Source: Candidatus Omnitrophota bacterium
GTDB taxonomy: Bacteria > Omnitrophota > Gorgyraeia > Pluralincolimonadales > Pluralincolimonadaceae
Assembly: GCA_903889135.1 (NCBI GenBank)
Contig: CAISWF010000044.1
Coordinates: forward strand, 1 to 42,664
Length of the DNA stretch: 42,664 nucleotides
Direction: 5' to 3'
This document shows, piece after piece, positions 29,742 to 38,905 of this stretch. Made by a program: the position numbers and the translations under genes. The notes beneath the pieces are model-generated. The model had not been told where the DNA came from. It worked only from the letters and a program-made list of their open reading frames with translations, and made no database searches. Each line of letters starts with the position of its first letter. The first letter of the stretch is position 1.

Positions 29742-30113
29742 CTACGACTTGAACGCGGTTTCCACCGCGGTGATGACATCCAAGGGATTAAACGGCTTCT
29801 TGAGGCATTTCTTGATGCCGAATATGCTCAAGAGGAACGCGTACTCCTCTTTAAAGAACGCTGACATCGCGATTATCGGGATCTTTTCCAGTTCCGGTAA
29901 CCGCCTTATCTCCTCGGCCAGCTGGAATCCGCTCTTCCCCGGCATCTTAAGATCGAGGATTATAAGATCGGGTTTTACACGGGACGCTATATCCACCACG
30001 GTAGTGGAATCATTGACAGGGATCATCTCATAGCCGCTCGCGGACATCGTCTCGTTCAGTTCCTCGAGAAATTCCGCGTCGTCGTCCACGATCATCACTT
30101 TTTTGTTTGCCAT
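29742..30113 (-). CDS. Single-domain response regulator (receiver)
   Basis: VMIVDDD, ILDLKMPGKSG, MSA, KPF; ATG 30113. Confidence 0.9.
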   Translation of the reverse strand: MANKKVMIVDDDAEFLEELNETMSASGYEMIPVNDSTTVVDIASRVKPDLIILDLKMPGKSGFQLAEEIRRLPELEKIPIIAMSAFFKEEYAFLLSIFGIKKCLKKPFNPLDVITAVETAFKS

Positions 30114-30205
30114 CTCAATTAACACTCCCTTTTCTTGTTACTATGTATGATATACCATCAGCAAGGAATGTAAATTGGCTGTTTCCACTTTCTTTTGACT
30201 TTTGT

Positions 30206-30952
30206 CTACCGCTTACGTTTTGCGGTTTTAGCGCGTTTTCCGGGCCTTACTTTCTTCCTGTATTCCGTAGGAGTGCAGCCTGCTATCTTTTTGAACTGCC
30301 TTATGAACGACTCCGTATTTTCGTAACCCATCCTCTCGGAGATCTGGTTGATATTGTAATCGCCTTTTTTCAGGAGCTCTTTGGCTTTGCCTATCTTCAG
30401 CTCCAATTTATAATCAATGAAACCCTTCTTTGTGATCTCTTTAAAGATCCTGCTCAGGTATTTCGGGCTCAGGCAGACGGCTCCGGCCGCTTCTTTGAGG
30501 GTTATCTTCTTATACCAGTTCCTCTCCATGAACCGCATGACCTTATTGATCTTGCCTTTTAAACCCTGTTCGTTCAGGCCGCTTTCGCCGCGCCTGGTCT
30601 CCAACAGGCCTTCTACCGTCTCTTTAAGCCTCCCGAGGCCGACCGGTTTTTCCAAATAATCGTCGGCGCGGGCTTTCAGGGCTTCGATAGCCACGTCTTT
30701 AGAGCTATGTCCGGTCAGTATAATGGTCTTGAGGTGCGGGTCCTTATTCTTGATCTCGGCCAGGACATCGAGGCCGTTCACTCCAGGCATCTTGACGTCC
30801 AGAATCACCAGGCCGATCTCGTTTGCCCTGCTCAATAATTTCAGGGCCGCTTCCCCGTCAGATACCTCGACTACATCGTATCCTTCCAGGTATTCGCGGA
30901 GTTCGCTCCTTAATCCCTCGTCATCATCCACTATCAAGATCTTATCAGCCAT
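30206..30952 (-). CDS. Response regulator with an AraC-type HTH (YesN-like)
   Basis: Receiver (ILDVKMPG, LTGH, EKP) plus AraC (LSPKYLSRIFK...ISERMGYEN...F.RQFKK..G.TPTEYR). Confidence 0.93.
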   Translation of the reverse strand: MADKILIVDDDEGLRSELREYLEGYDVVEVSDGEAALKLLSRANEIGLVILDVKMPGVNGLDVLAEIKNKDPHLKTIILTGHSSKDVAIEALKARADDYLEKPVGLGRLKETVEGLLETRRGESGLNEQGLKGKINKVMRFMERNWYKKITLKEAAGAVCLSPKYLSRIFKEITKKGFIDYKLELKIGKAKELLKKGDYNINQISERMGYENTESFIRQFKKIAGCTPTEYRKKVRPGKRAKTAKRKR

Positions 30953-30976
30953 TTATCTCCTCGCTTTCAATCTTTT

Positions 30977-31837
30977 TTACGCGTACCCTTTTAAGATGCC
31001 GGTTATGTCTATATTGTCTATATTGCTGTCGACCAGCGGCGGCACCTTATCCAGACCGCTCTTTTCTCCATAGGAAGGTTTCTCGATCCTGTATATTATG
31101 CCCGTCGGGATCCTATCGCCCCATTCCGAGGCTTTCTGGAACGCCGCGGCAAAATTCCTGGGATCGTATGCCGGGTCATCGTTCACCTTATATATCCTCT
31201 TCGAATACCATTCGTAGGTATTTTTTTTGTTGAACGAGACGCACGGTTGTAGTACCTCGATAAGGGAGAACCCCTTGTGATTTATCCCTTCGAGCATCAG
31301 CCAAGAAAGGTGATCCATGTCCGCGGAATAACCCCTCGACACAAAACCCGCGCCGAGAGCTATCGCCATCTCAAGGGAGCGTATCGGCTCGAGGATCACT
31401 CCCTGAGGCTGCACCTTTGTGACATATCCCTCGTCGGTCGAGGGCGAGGCCTGGCCTTTCGTGAGCGCATAGATCTGGTTATTGTGGACTATAACGGTAA
31501 TATCCGTATTGCGCCTGATGTTATGTATGAAATGGTTTCCGCCTTCACTGTAACAATCGCCGTCGCCTGTGGTGACGAGGACGGTCAATTCGCGGTTGGC
31601 AATCTTGACCGCGGCCGCGTATGAGAGGGACCTGCCGTGGAGCCCGTTTATACAGTTGCATTTTATGTAGTGCGGCAGTTTTGCGGCCTGGCCTATCCCG
31701 GAGGCGATGACTATGTCCTTGGGCTTACGGCCTAGTTTTACGAGCGCCGCTTTCAAAGCGTTGAGGATGCCGAAGTCCCCGCATCCCGGGCACCATGCTA
31801 TCGGATCATTGCTCATGAAATCTTTAACGTCTGCCAT
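30977..31837 (-). CDS. korB: 2-oxoacid:ferredoxin oxidoreductase beta subunit
   Basis: WCPGCG, SGIGQA, LHGR, GDGD...NNQIYALTKGQ.SP TPP motif, QPCV. Substrate not assignable from sequence. Confidence 0.92.
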   Translation of the reverse strand: MADVKDFMSNDPIAWCPGCGDFGILNALKAALVKLGRKPKDIVIASGIGQAAKLPHYIKCNCINGLHGRSLSYAAAVKIANRELTVLVTTGDGDCYSEGGNHFIHNIRRNTDITVIVHNNQIYALTKGQASPSTDEGYVTKVQPQGVILEPIRSLEMAIALGAGFVSRGYSADMDHLSWLMLEGINHKGFSLIEVLQPCVSFNKKNTYEWYSKRIYKVNDDPAYDPRNFAAAFQKASEWGDRIPTGIIYRIEKPSYGEKSGLDKVPPLVDSNIDNIDITGILKGYA

Positions 31838-33551
31838 GGCTTGTGACCTCCGAGACCCTGTTTAAAAGGAGATCGACGTCAAAAGGCCTCCCGTCATATT
31901 TCAGTATCGAACCGTCGACTTCGATTCCCGTGCAGCGGCGGATGAGGCCGGCGAGCTGCGCGCCCGCGTTGTTCTCAACGGTAAGGATGTTCTTCTCCCC
32001 TTTCAACAGCTCGGTCAAATGCCGCGAGGGGAACGGCCATACCTGTGAAAGATGAATAAATCCGGCTTTCCTGCGCGGGATAGAGTCGCAGACCTCTTTC
32101 ATGACCCCGTAAGTCGAACCGAACCCGATCAGTATTGTATCGGCGCTGTCAATATTGAACTTGGTCGGCTCCTCGATTTCCTGCGAGAGCAGTTCCATCT
32201 TCTTATATAACCGTTTCTCGACCATTGATATCCTTATATGCGCGTCCTCGGTGATGTGTCCCTCTTCGGTATGCTCATCGCTGTCCGCGTAGATCACGTC
32301 ATCTATCCACGAAGGCACTGCCATAGGCGAGATGCCTGTTTTGGTAAGCTGATAACGTTTATATCCGGTGACCTTCTTCGAATCTTCTTTTGAGATGATG
32401 TGGCGCTCTACTTTCGCCCTATCCATATCGAACGAGCCTATGTCTCGGGAAGAATCGGCCAGGTGTTGGTCTGTCATTATCAGGACGGGTATCTGATATT
32501 TTTCCGCCAGGTTGAATGCTTTTACCGTAAGGTAAAAAGCCTGCTCAGCGGTCCCCGGGGCGAATACGGCCCTCGCGAATTCTCCGTGGCCGGCATGGAT
32601 GATGAAATCGAGGTCCGCCTGTTCCGTGCGTGTCGGCAACCCGGTCGCGGGAGCCGGCCTCTGAGCGTCCACTATGACGATCGGAGTTTCGAGCATCCCG
32701 GCAAGGCTTAACCCCTCTACCATGAGGGCGAATCCGCCTCCGGACGTGGCACACATAGACCGGACGCCGGCGAAAGAAGCCCCTATTATCATATTTATCG
32801 CGGCGATCTCGTCCTCGGCCTGTTCGACGATGACATTGAAATCATTCGCATAACGGCTTATATTTTCCATGATGGTCGTGGATGGGGACATCGGGTACGC
32901 GGAATAAAACTTGCAGCCTGCCCTTATAGCGCCGAGAGCTATCGCATCGTTGCCGTTCATCAATAAGTTTACGTTCGGGCCGCCTTCCTTGATCGCGAAT
33001 ATATCCGGCTTAAAATTATTTTTCGCGAAGTCGTACCCCAGGCGAGCCGCATCGATATTAATCTTTATCACGTCGGCAGATTTGTCGCCGAACGTTTCCT
33101 TCAGCGCTTCTTCAATATGACGGAAATCGAGGCGCGTTACCCCGGCAAGGATACCGCTTGCCGCGGAATTGGCGTAAAGTTCGCTGCCTCCTGCCCGTTT
33201 CGCCATATCGTAAAACGGGACGTCAAAATATGCCGAGTCGTTATCCGTTATGCCGTGTTTTTGCCTGTCCAGTATCATTATGCCCTCGTCGGCAATGGAC
33301 GGCCTGTGAAGATGCACGCTTTCCTTGTCCAGGGATACGGTGATATCGCTTTTCGCGCGCGGGGCGAAGAGCGGATTTACCGATACCCTTAGCTGGGAAA
33401 AATTGTTTCCGCCGCGTATCCTCGACATGAAATCCTGGTTAACAAATATATGAAAGCCGGCTTTCTTGAACGCCTTGGCCAAGACCGTACTTACCGTCTG
33501 CATACCCTGGCCCGCGTCCCCGGCGATCCTTATAGTCAGCTCATCCGGCAA
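31824..33551 (-). CDS. korA: 2-oxoacid:acceptor oxidoreductase alpha subunit (gamma-alpha fusion)
   Basis: GDAGQG, SRIRGGNN, YPMSP, QAEDEIAA, ATSGGG, QRPAPATGLPT; TTG start after AGGAG. Confidence 0.92.
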   Translation of the reverse strand: MPDELTIRIAGDAGQGMQTVSTVLAKAFKKAGFHIFVNQDFMSRIRGGNNFSQLRVSVNPLFAPRAKSDITVSLDKESVHLHRPSIADEGIMILDRQKHGITDNDSAYFDVPFYDMAKRAGGSELYANSAASGILAGVTRLDFRHIEEALKETFGDKSADVIKINIDAARLGYDFAKNNFKPDIFAIKEGGPNVNLLMNGNDAIALGAIRAGCKFYSAYPMSPSTTIMENISRYANDFNVIVEQAEDEIAAINMIIGASFAGVRSMCATSGGGFALMVEGLSLAGMLETPIVIVDAQRPAPATGLPTRTEQADLDFIIHAGHGEFARAVFAPGTAEQAFYLTVKAFNLAEKYQIPVLIMTDQHLADSSRDIGSFDMDRAKVERHIISKEDSKKVTGYKRYQLTKTGISPMAVPSWIDDVIYADSDEHTEEGHITEDAHIRISMVEKRLYKKMELLSQEIEEPTKFNIDSADTILIGFGSTYGVMKEVCDSIPRRKAGFIHLSQVWPFPSRHLTELLKGEKNILTVENNAGAQLAGLIRRCTGIEVDGSILKYDGRPFDVDLLLNRVSEVTSHGRR

Positions 33552-33566
33552 TATATTTCTCCTTTA

Positions 33567-33596
33567 TCAGAATTTAGCGGCCGCTGGTCGCAGTCT
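33567..33596 (-). repeat. Diverged duplicate of the azoR 3' end
   Basis: GCG GCC GCT AAA TTC TGA (33584-33567) versus the azoR end GCG GCC GCA AAG TTT TGA (33615-33598); both read AAAKF*. Confidence 0.7.
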
Positions 33597-33597
33597 G

Positions 33598-34221
33598 TCA
33601 AAACTTTGCGGCCGCAAGCCTGGCGACCTGTTGAGCTTCGCCTATCTTCTGTTTCTGCAACTCGGGTCCCATGTCCATAGGCTGGGCGATAACAAAAGAA
33701 ATGTCGGTGATGCCAACCAAACCGAATATCGCGCGCAAATACGGTTCCTGGAAATCGGCCGCGCGGGCTTCCTTGGCGCTGTAATCACCGCCCCTGCTGG
33801 CGATGACGGCCATCTTTTTGTCCTTTATCAGGCCTTCGGCGCCTTTTTCCGTATAACGGAACATGTACTTCGGCTGGATTATGACATCTATATAATGTTT
33901 GAGCGTGTACGGGATGCTCAAATTCCACATAGGCGTGCTTATAAGGTAGGCGTCTGCCGACTTAAACCTCTCGATGTGCCTGACGATCTCTTCCCATGCT
34001 CCTTTCAGGTCGCCGGAGAGATCCTTACCGGACAAAAGGACATATTTTCCGTCCACCCTCTTTGACGTAAGCGAGGGTAGGTCCTCTTTCGAAAGGTCCA
34101 GCTCCTCCACTGCCCAGTCGGGATGGCCTGTCTTGAAGGCCTCGAGAAAGGCGCCGGTTACCGCCAATGTCCTTGATTCCTCCCCTCTCGGTGTGGCTAT
34201 AATGTGCAATAATTTTTTCAT
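33598..34221 (-). CDS. azoR: FMN-dependent NADH-azoreductase/quinone reductase
   Basis: IIATPR...S.T, TPMWNLSIP..LKHYID, FRYTEKG.EGL, ASRGGDY, FQEPYL. Confidence 0.93.
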   Translation of the reverse strand: MKKLLHIIATPRGEESRTLAVTGAFLEAFKTGHPDWAVEELDLSKEDLPSLTSKRVDGKYVLLSGKDLSGDLKGAWEEIVRHIERFKSADAYLISTPMWNLSIPYTLKHYIDVIIQPKYMFRYTEKGAEGLIKDKKMAVIASRGGDYSAKEARAADFQEPYLRAIFGLVGITDISFVIAQPMDMGPELQKQKIGEAQQVARLAAAKF

Positions 34222-34237
34222 TTTGTTCCTTTCAGAA

Positions 34238-34642
34238 TTATTTCTTTATGACCCTGAATGAACTATAACTATAGTCGCTCTTTTTGCCGCCCAGTAATAC
34301 CTGCCTCAGGCTCCATGTATAGACCCGGTCCTCCTTGAACGTAGAGGCCGGGATCTTCGCGGGGCTCGTCGGGATATCCTGTTTCAAGATCAACCCGGTA
34401 ACCGTGGTGTCATAGCCGTTATATAATCTTAATTCATAATATTCTGTCTGGGCAAAATCGGTCGTCTCCCACCGGAAGACAAGGGAATCTTTTTCCTCAA
34501 GGCTGATGTCATTTGTCGTGGGATAAAGGAGCGTCGGCGGGACGGGGTAGTCGGATCTCAATAAAAATCTGGGCAACGCGTACGAATACGGCGAAAAGCA
34601 AGTGAGACATAATAACAGGACTAAACTCGTGAACGACCTCAT
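34238..34642 (-). CDS. Hypothetical exported protein (single Ig/FN3-like beta domain)
   Basis: Signal peptide; PTLLYP...FRW...YYEL...YTW pattern; GGAG site and an upstream TGGACA-18 bp-TATAAT. Confidence 0.7.
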   Translation of the reverse strand: MRSFTSLVLLLCLTCFSPYSYALPRFLLRSDYPVPPTLLYPTTNDISLEEKDSLVFRWETTDFAQTEYYELRLYNGYDTTVTGLILKQDIPTSPAKIPASTFKEDRVYTWSLRQVLLGGKKSDYSYSSFRVIKK

Positions 34643-34749
34643 GGACTTCTCCTATACGACAGGTATTATATAGGAAATAGTAGAAATATGTCCATAGTGA
34701 TTTTCCGCTATTTATTGACTTTTTTCTACCTGGCTCCGGGGGCGAGGAT

Positions 34750-36930
34750 CTACTTTTCGGACTCGATTATCTGGGGTAATTCCGCTATGAGGGTGTTCAG
34801 GCGGTCTATTTCCTGGCGCATTTTTTGGATCAGGGCGCGCTGTTTCGATTCATCTTTCATATTTTCCGGCTTCAATAATTCTGCGGCTGTTTGTGAAATG
34901 GACGTCAACGGCTCAGGCAGTTCGTAAGAAAAAGTCGTCAATAATAGATTCCTTAAGCGTTCATTTTCAATATTCGTCTCCGCGTCGATAGCGGCCGCGG
35001 CAAGCCTGGCGCCTTCAACCGCCAAAGCGGTCTGGTTGACGAACATTTCGAGCATATGGAGTTGGTCCGGGTCCGCAAACTGCTTCTCTTCATTAGGGAA
35101 TACACCAAGGACTCCCACCATCTCTTCGGAACCTATGAATGGTAAATACATGCCGCTTGAGCCGGGGAGAGTATCTGTTCCCTTGCCTGCGGGTCTCCTA
35201 TGTTCATATACCCACTGGGCGACGGCAAGTTCATTTTGGGACAATTCTGATTTCGAGGCTTCGCCAAACCGGGCTGCCAGCTTCTTATCCTTATCCTGGG
35301 TAAAGACAACAGCCCTGCATTTAAAAAACTCCTCGATATGGCTAAGCGCGATCTTAAAGAGTTCATCCGGATAGGAACTCTTTGACAGGTCACGGCTTAA
35401 GGCGTATAAGATCTCAGTCCGCTCTTCCTTGATCCTCATCGTTATCGCCTGGCGTCTAAGCTGCCCGGTTAAATGACCTATCATGAAACCCACGATCAGC
35501 ATTACCAGGAATGTAAAGACATACTCGATATTAGCGACTCGAAACGAATAATAAGGGGGTATGAAAAAATAATCAAAAACGAGTATGCTCAGGAAAGACG
35601 CTATGATGGACATCCGGCGCCCGTACCAGAACGCGATCCAGGTTATGCCAAGAAGGTAGATCATTATCAAGTTCGCGAGGGCAAGGCGGGATAACAGCAT
35701 CCGGTCGATTAGGGAGCAGATAGCTACTATACCTACGGTCCAACCGAGGTTTTTCCAGGAAAACGGCTTTAAAACAGGCGGCTTAAATTTGACCGGTTGC
35801 GCCTGGACATCACCGCTCAAAAGGTAAAGGTCGATCTCTCCGCATTTCCTCGCTAATTTATCTATCACGGACCCGAGAATACGCTCCCTCAACCTCGGCC
35901 TGCCGGGTTTTCCCACGATTATCTTGGTGACGTTCCTCGAGCGCGCGTAAGAGATGAGCGTCTCCGCGATCTCTTGGCCGCTGAGCGTCACGGTTTCCGC
36001 GCCCAACTTTTCCGCGAAATTCATCATCTCGGTCACCCTGTTCCTGTCCTCGGGACGCAATTCGGCAAGGGTCTCGACATACGCGACTATCCACTCTTCC
36101 CCCAGATCAGAGGCTATGCGCTTTCCCGCCCTGATCAAACGCATCGCGGTCGGGCTAGGGCTTATGCATACCAAAAACCTGTCCCTTACGTTCCAGACCT
36201 TTGAGACGGAATGCGCCTTTTTATACGACATTAACTGGGAATCTACGTTGCGTTCGGTATAACGCAACGCTAACTGGCGTAAAGCGATCAAGTTCCCCGG
36301 CTGGAAAAAATGCTGGGCCGCGCGCTCGGCCTGCTCGCCGAGATAGACCTTCCCTTCCTTAAGACGTTTAAGCAACTCCTCGGAGGGCAGGTCGACGAGC
36401 TCCATCTCATCCGCCTTCTCGATAAATGTATCAGGGACGGTTTCGTGCACCGTAATGCCGGTCACCTGGGAGACTATATCATTAGCGCTCTCGCAATGTT
36501 GCACATTTAGCGTCGTATAAACATTGATGCCCTTATCGAGAAGCTCTTCGATATCCTGCCAGCGTTTGGTATGGCGCGACCCGGGAGCGTTTGTGTGCGC
36601 TAATTCATCTACTAAAATAAGGCCGGGGTTTCTTTTCAAGGCGGCGTCGACGTCAAATTCGCGGAGATCGACATTTTTGTACGGTATTATTTTGGGAGGC
36701 AGGACCTCGAGACCTTCCAGGAGAGCCTCTGTCTCGGCGCGCTTATGGGTTTCTGCGTAACCGACCACAACATCAATGCCTTCTTTTTTCCGGTGCCTGG
36801 CGGCCTCGAGCATCGAATAGGTCTTTCCGACGCCGGCAACCGCGCCGAAGAATATCTTTAGTTTTCCGCGCCGGGCGTCTTCCGCTTTGACCCTCGCTAA
36901 TATTTCATCCGGATTCGGCCGTTTTTCCAT
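34750..36930 (-). CDS. kdpD: KdpD-like K+ sensor lacking the phospho-accepting His and the HATPase domain
   Basis: KdpD N-domain (GAVAGVGKT, VDELAHTN), USP, 4 TM, GAF; H-box reads FSYELPEPL; protein ends at 726 aa. Confidence 0.9.
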   Translation of the reverse strand: MEKRPNPDEILARVKAEDARRGKLKIFFGAVAGVGKTYSMLEAARHRKKEGIDVVVGYAETHKRAETEALLEGLEVLPPKIIPYKNVDLREFDVDAALKRNPGLILVDELAHTNAPGSRHTKRWQDIEELLDKGINVYTTLNVQHCESANDIVSQVTGITVHETVPDTFIEKADEMELVDLPSEELLKRLKEGKVYLGEQAERAAQHFFQPGNLIALRQLALRYTERNVDSQLMSYKKAHSVSKVWNVRDRFLVCISPSPTAMRLIRAGKRIASDLGEEWIVAYVETLAELRPEDRNRVTEMMNFAEKLGAETVTLSGQEIAETLISYARSRNVTKIIVGKPGRPRLRERILGSVIDKLARKCGEIDLYLLSGDVQAQPVKFKPPVLKPFSWKNLGWTVGIVAICSLIDRMLLSRLALANLIMIYLLGITWIAFWYGRRMSIIASFLSILVFDYFFIPPYYSFRVANIEYVFTFLVMLIVGFMIGHLTGQLRRQAITMRIKEERTEILYALSRDLSKSSYPDELFKIALSHIEEFFKCRAVVFTQDKDKKLAARFGEASKSELSQNELAVAQWVYEHRRPAGKGTDTLPGSSGMYLPFIGSEEMVGVLGVFPNEEKQFADPDQLHMLEMFVNQTALAVEGARLAAAAIDAETNIENERLRNLLLTTFSYELPEPLTSISQTAAELLKPENMKDESKQRALIQKMRQEIDRLNTLIAELPQIIESEK

Positions 36931-36946
36931 ATGGATATGATATATC

Positions 36947-37939
36947 CTATTCGCCTTTTACGCTATTTATTTTTGTATCCGCCGGTTTTCCAACTTGCAG
37001 GGAACGAGGTCCGGACACGGGCTCGTAGTTCACGCCCGAGACGGGCTCTTCCTGAATAGCCTGCTGCAGGGCGGATAGGGCGTCCTGGCACAGAAACAAC
37101 ACCTTGCGTTTCTGACCCAGGGACATGGCCAGGGATCGGACGTTCGTGTTCTCACGAGATAGAGCGAGGATATGCCCCCTGACCTCACTGAACCTGGCAT
37201 AGTCCAACGCCGCCGTTTCAAGATCGGGATCGCCGTGAAGTTTCTGCAGCGAGACCAGGCCATCCAGGTCCTTGCGGACATCCTGATCTTCCTTGGTCAT
37301 CAGCGCCTCCAACTCATCCATTTTCTTGTCGCTTTCTTCCGCGATGTGCGGCGCGAGCAGAGTCTGTATGCGCAACGCTGCGGTCTGGGCGCCGAAAGCA
37401 AGCGACGTCACGTTGCCGGCCTCCGGGGAGCCGGCGCTCTTCGCCACGAGGCTAGAGAGGGCGGTGTCCATTTCCTTAAGCGCATCTGCGGCCGGGCCAA
37501 AAGCCAAACCGTAAGCTTTGATATTTGTGTTCTTGACTGCCAGAACCAGCAGGTCGTTGTCGATGCGCTGGAAGTCGGTAAAAACCTTGGAGAATTGGGC
37601 AAGAAGATCCTTTTCACCCCGGGTTCCGCCCGCCGCCAGTAGTTCCCCAAGTTCCTTGCGTTCCAGCTCCACCTCAGCCGTGGCCGCGCGAGCCTGGTCC
37701 GCGAAAGTCTGCGAATCTTGGTCGGTGACGGCCAAGACCGCGCTCTTCTCAGCCTCTGAGGCCGAGGCCAACGTCAAACGCATCCGGGCTACCAGGTCCA
37801 CCCGTTTGGCCTTGAAGGCGAATTGCTCGGCGGGGCCCTGTCCTGTTCGGAAGTGCAGCGCTACGAATATGACCACAAGCAAAATCGCCGCCCCGGTGGC
37901 CATCCACAGAAATTCCTTGATGCCGGGCTTGATTGTCAC
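36947..37939 (-). CDS. Membrane-anchored protein with tandem MCP-type four-helix-bundle domains
   Basis: One N-terminal TM; two helical repeats ending LLVLAVKNTNIKA and ILALSRENTNVRS; GTG start after AAGGAG. Confidence 0.75.
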   Translation of the reverse strand: MTIKPGIKEFLWMATGAAILLVVIFVALHFRTGQGPAEQFAFKAKRVDLVARMRLTLASASEAEKSAVLAVTDQDSQTFADQARAATAEVELERKELGELLAAGGTRGEKDLLAQFSKVFTDFQRIDNDLLVLAVKNTNIKAYGLAFGPAADALKEMDTALSSLVAKSAGSPEAGNVTSLAFGAQTAALRIQTLLAPHIAEESDKKMDELEALMTKEDQDVRKDLDGLVSLQKLHGDPDLETAALDYARFSEVRGHILALSRENTNVRSLAMSLGQKRKVLFLCQDALSALQQAIQEEPVSGVNYEPVSGPRSLQVGKPADTKINSVKGE

Positions 37940-37989
37940 TATACGATCTCCTTATCTTTAGCGAACGCCGGATTAACTTCTAGTATATT

Positions 37990-38017
37990 ATTATACTCCA
38001 TAATATTCCCTCTTCAA
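37990..38017 (-). promoter_or_regulatory. Sigma70-type promoter for the four-helix-bundle gene and kdpD
   Basis: Minus strand TTGAAG (38017-38012), 16 bp spacer, TATAAT (37995-37990). Confidence 0.5.
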
Positions 38018-38037
38018 TGGATTTTATGTAAGATATG

Positions 38038-38904
38038 TTATACTTTTTGTACCGGCCATATCTTTCGCATAAGAAAAACTGCTCCATAGATAAATCCCAA
38101 TAAAGCTACATCGGTCGGGCCAACCGGAAAATCCCATTGGTAGGCCAACCAAAAACCAACAAACGCCGCCACTCCCCCAAATAACGAAGCGAAGATAGTT
38201 AACTGCCGCATATTCCGCGCGAACGTTTGCGCCGTCAAAACGGGAATCAAAAGAAAACCAAAGGCGATTAACGGACCCACACTTAGCACGGCCATTGATA
38301 CCGTGAGCCCGATCAGCAAATAAAGCAACATATCCCACAAGACAACGTGCTTGCCGAGCGTGATCGCAAACACACGGTCGTATGACACCAGCAACAGCTC
38401 TTTCCTAAACAAACTAAGCATCGCCAAAACCAGCGCAAGAGCCGCGGCCGTCAAAACCAAATCAAAATTGGAAATTGTAATCACCTCGCCTTTTAGCAGA
38501 TCGAGCCAGCCAAGTTCGGCATAACGGTTCTTCGATAACAGCAAAATACTTACTGCCGCCGCAACGACATAGACGGTCCCGAGCCGGCCTTCAGGCAGGC
38601 CGCGGCCACGCCGTTCCAGAAACGCCAAAACGAGAATGGCTACCACTGAAAACAAAGTCGAACCGATAAATACCAGCGCATGTTCGCGTTGCGGAGTCAC
38701 TTGAAAACCCAGCCACAAAGGCAAGGAAAGCGATACCGCGATCCCGGTTGAGGAAATCTGCGGCAACGCCACACCCACGAACACTAATCGCCGCAGCACA
38801 AGAAACACGCCAACGAGCGGACAAGCAAAACCAATAAGCATGCTCGTATAAACCGAGTTGCGCAACAGGAAATTAAACGAAAGAATCTGATGTAATGTAT
38901 CCAT
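38038..38904 (-). CDS. Metal (Zn/Mn-type) ABC transporter permease
   Basis: LVGVFLVLRR, ELLLVSYD, VGPL, PVGPT motifs of the ZnuB/ABC-3 family. Confidence 0.92.
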   Translation of the reverse strand: MDTLHQILSFNFLLRNSVYTSMLIGFACPLVGVFLVLRRLVFVGVALPQISSTGIAVSLSLPLWLGFQVTPQREHALVFIGSTLFSVVAILVLAFLERRGRGLPEGRLGTVYVVAAAVSILLLSKNRYAELGWLDLLKGEVITISNFDLVLTAAALALVLAMLSLFRKELLLVSYDRVFAITLGKHVVLWDMLLYLLIGLTVSMAVLSVGPLIAFGFLLIPVLTAQTFARNMRQLTIFASLFGGVAAFVGFWLAYQWDFPVGPTDVALLGFIYGAVFLMRKIWPVQKV

Positions 38905-38905
38905 G

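Noticed and set aside
12843-30125. Longer ORF-track starts at 13262, 15975, 26405, 29779 and 30125
   Set aside because: Most extend into upstream genes and all add non-homologous residues; shorter starts have ribosome-binding sites or stop/start coupling.
34643-34750. Frameshifted HATPase remainder of kdpD
   Set aside because: Only about 107 nt separate kdpD from the next gene; no N or G-box motifs seen, and the space holds that gene's promoter.
38021-38055. KdpE-like binding site (TTATACTTTTTGTAC)
   Set aside because: It lies in the permease 3' end, in the opposite orientation to the downstream promoter, and no kdpE is in the window.
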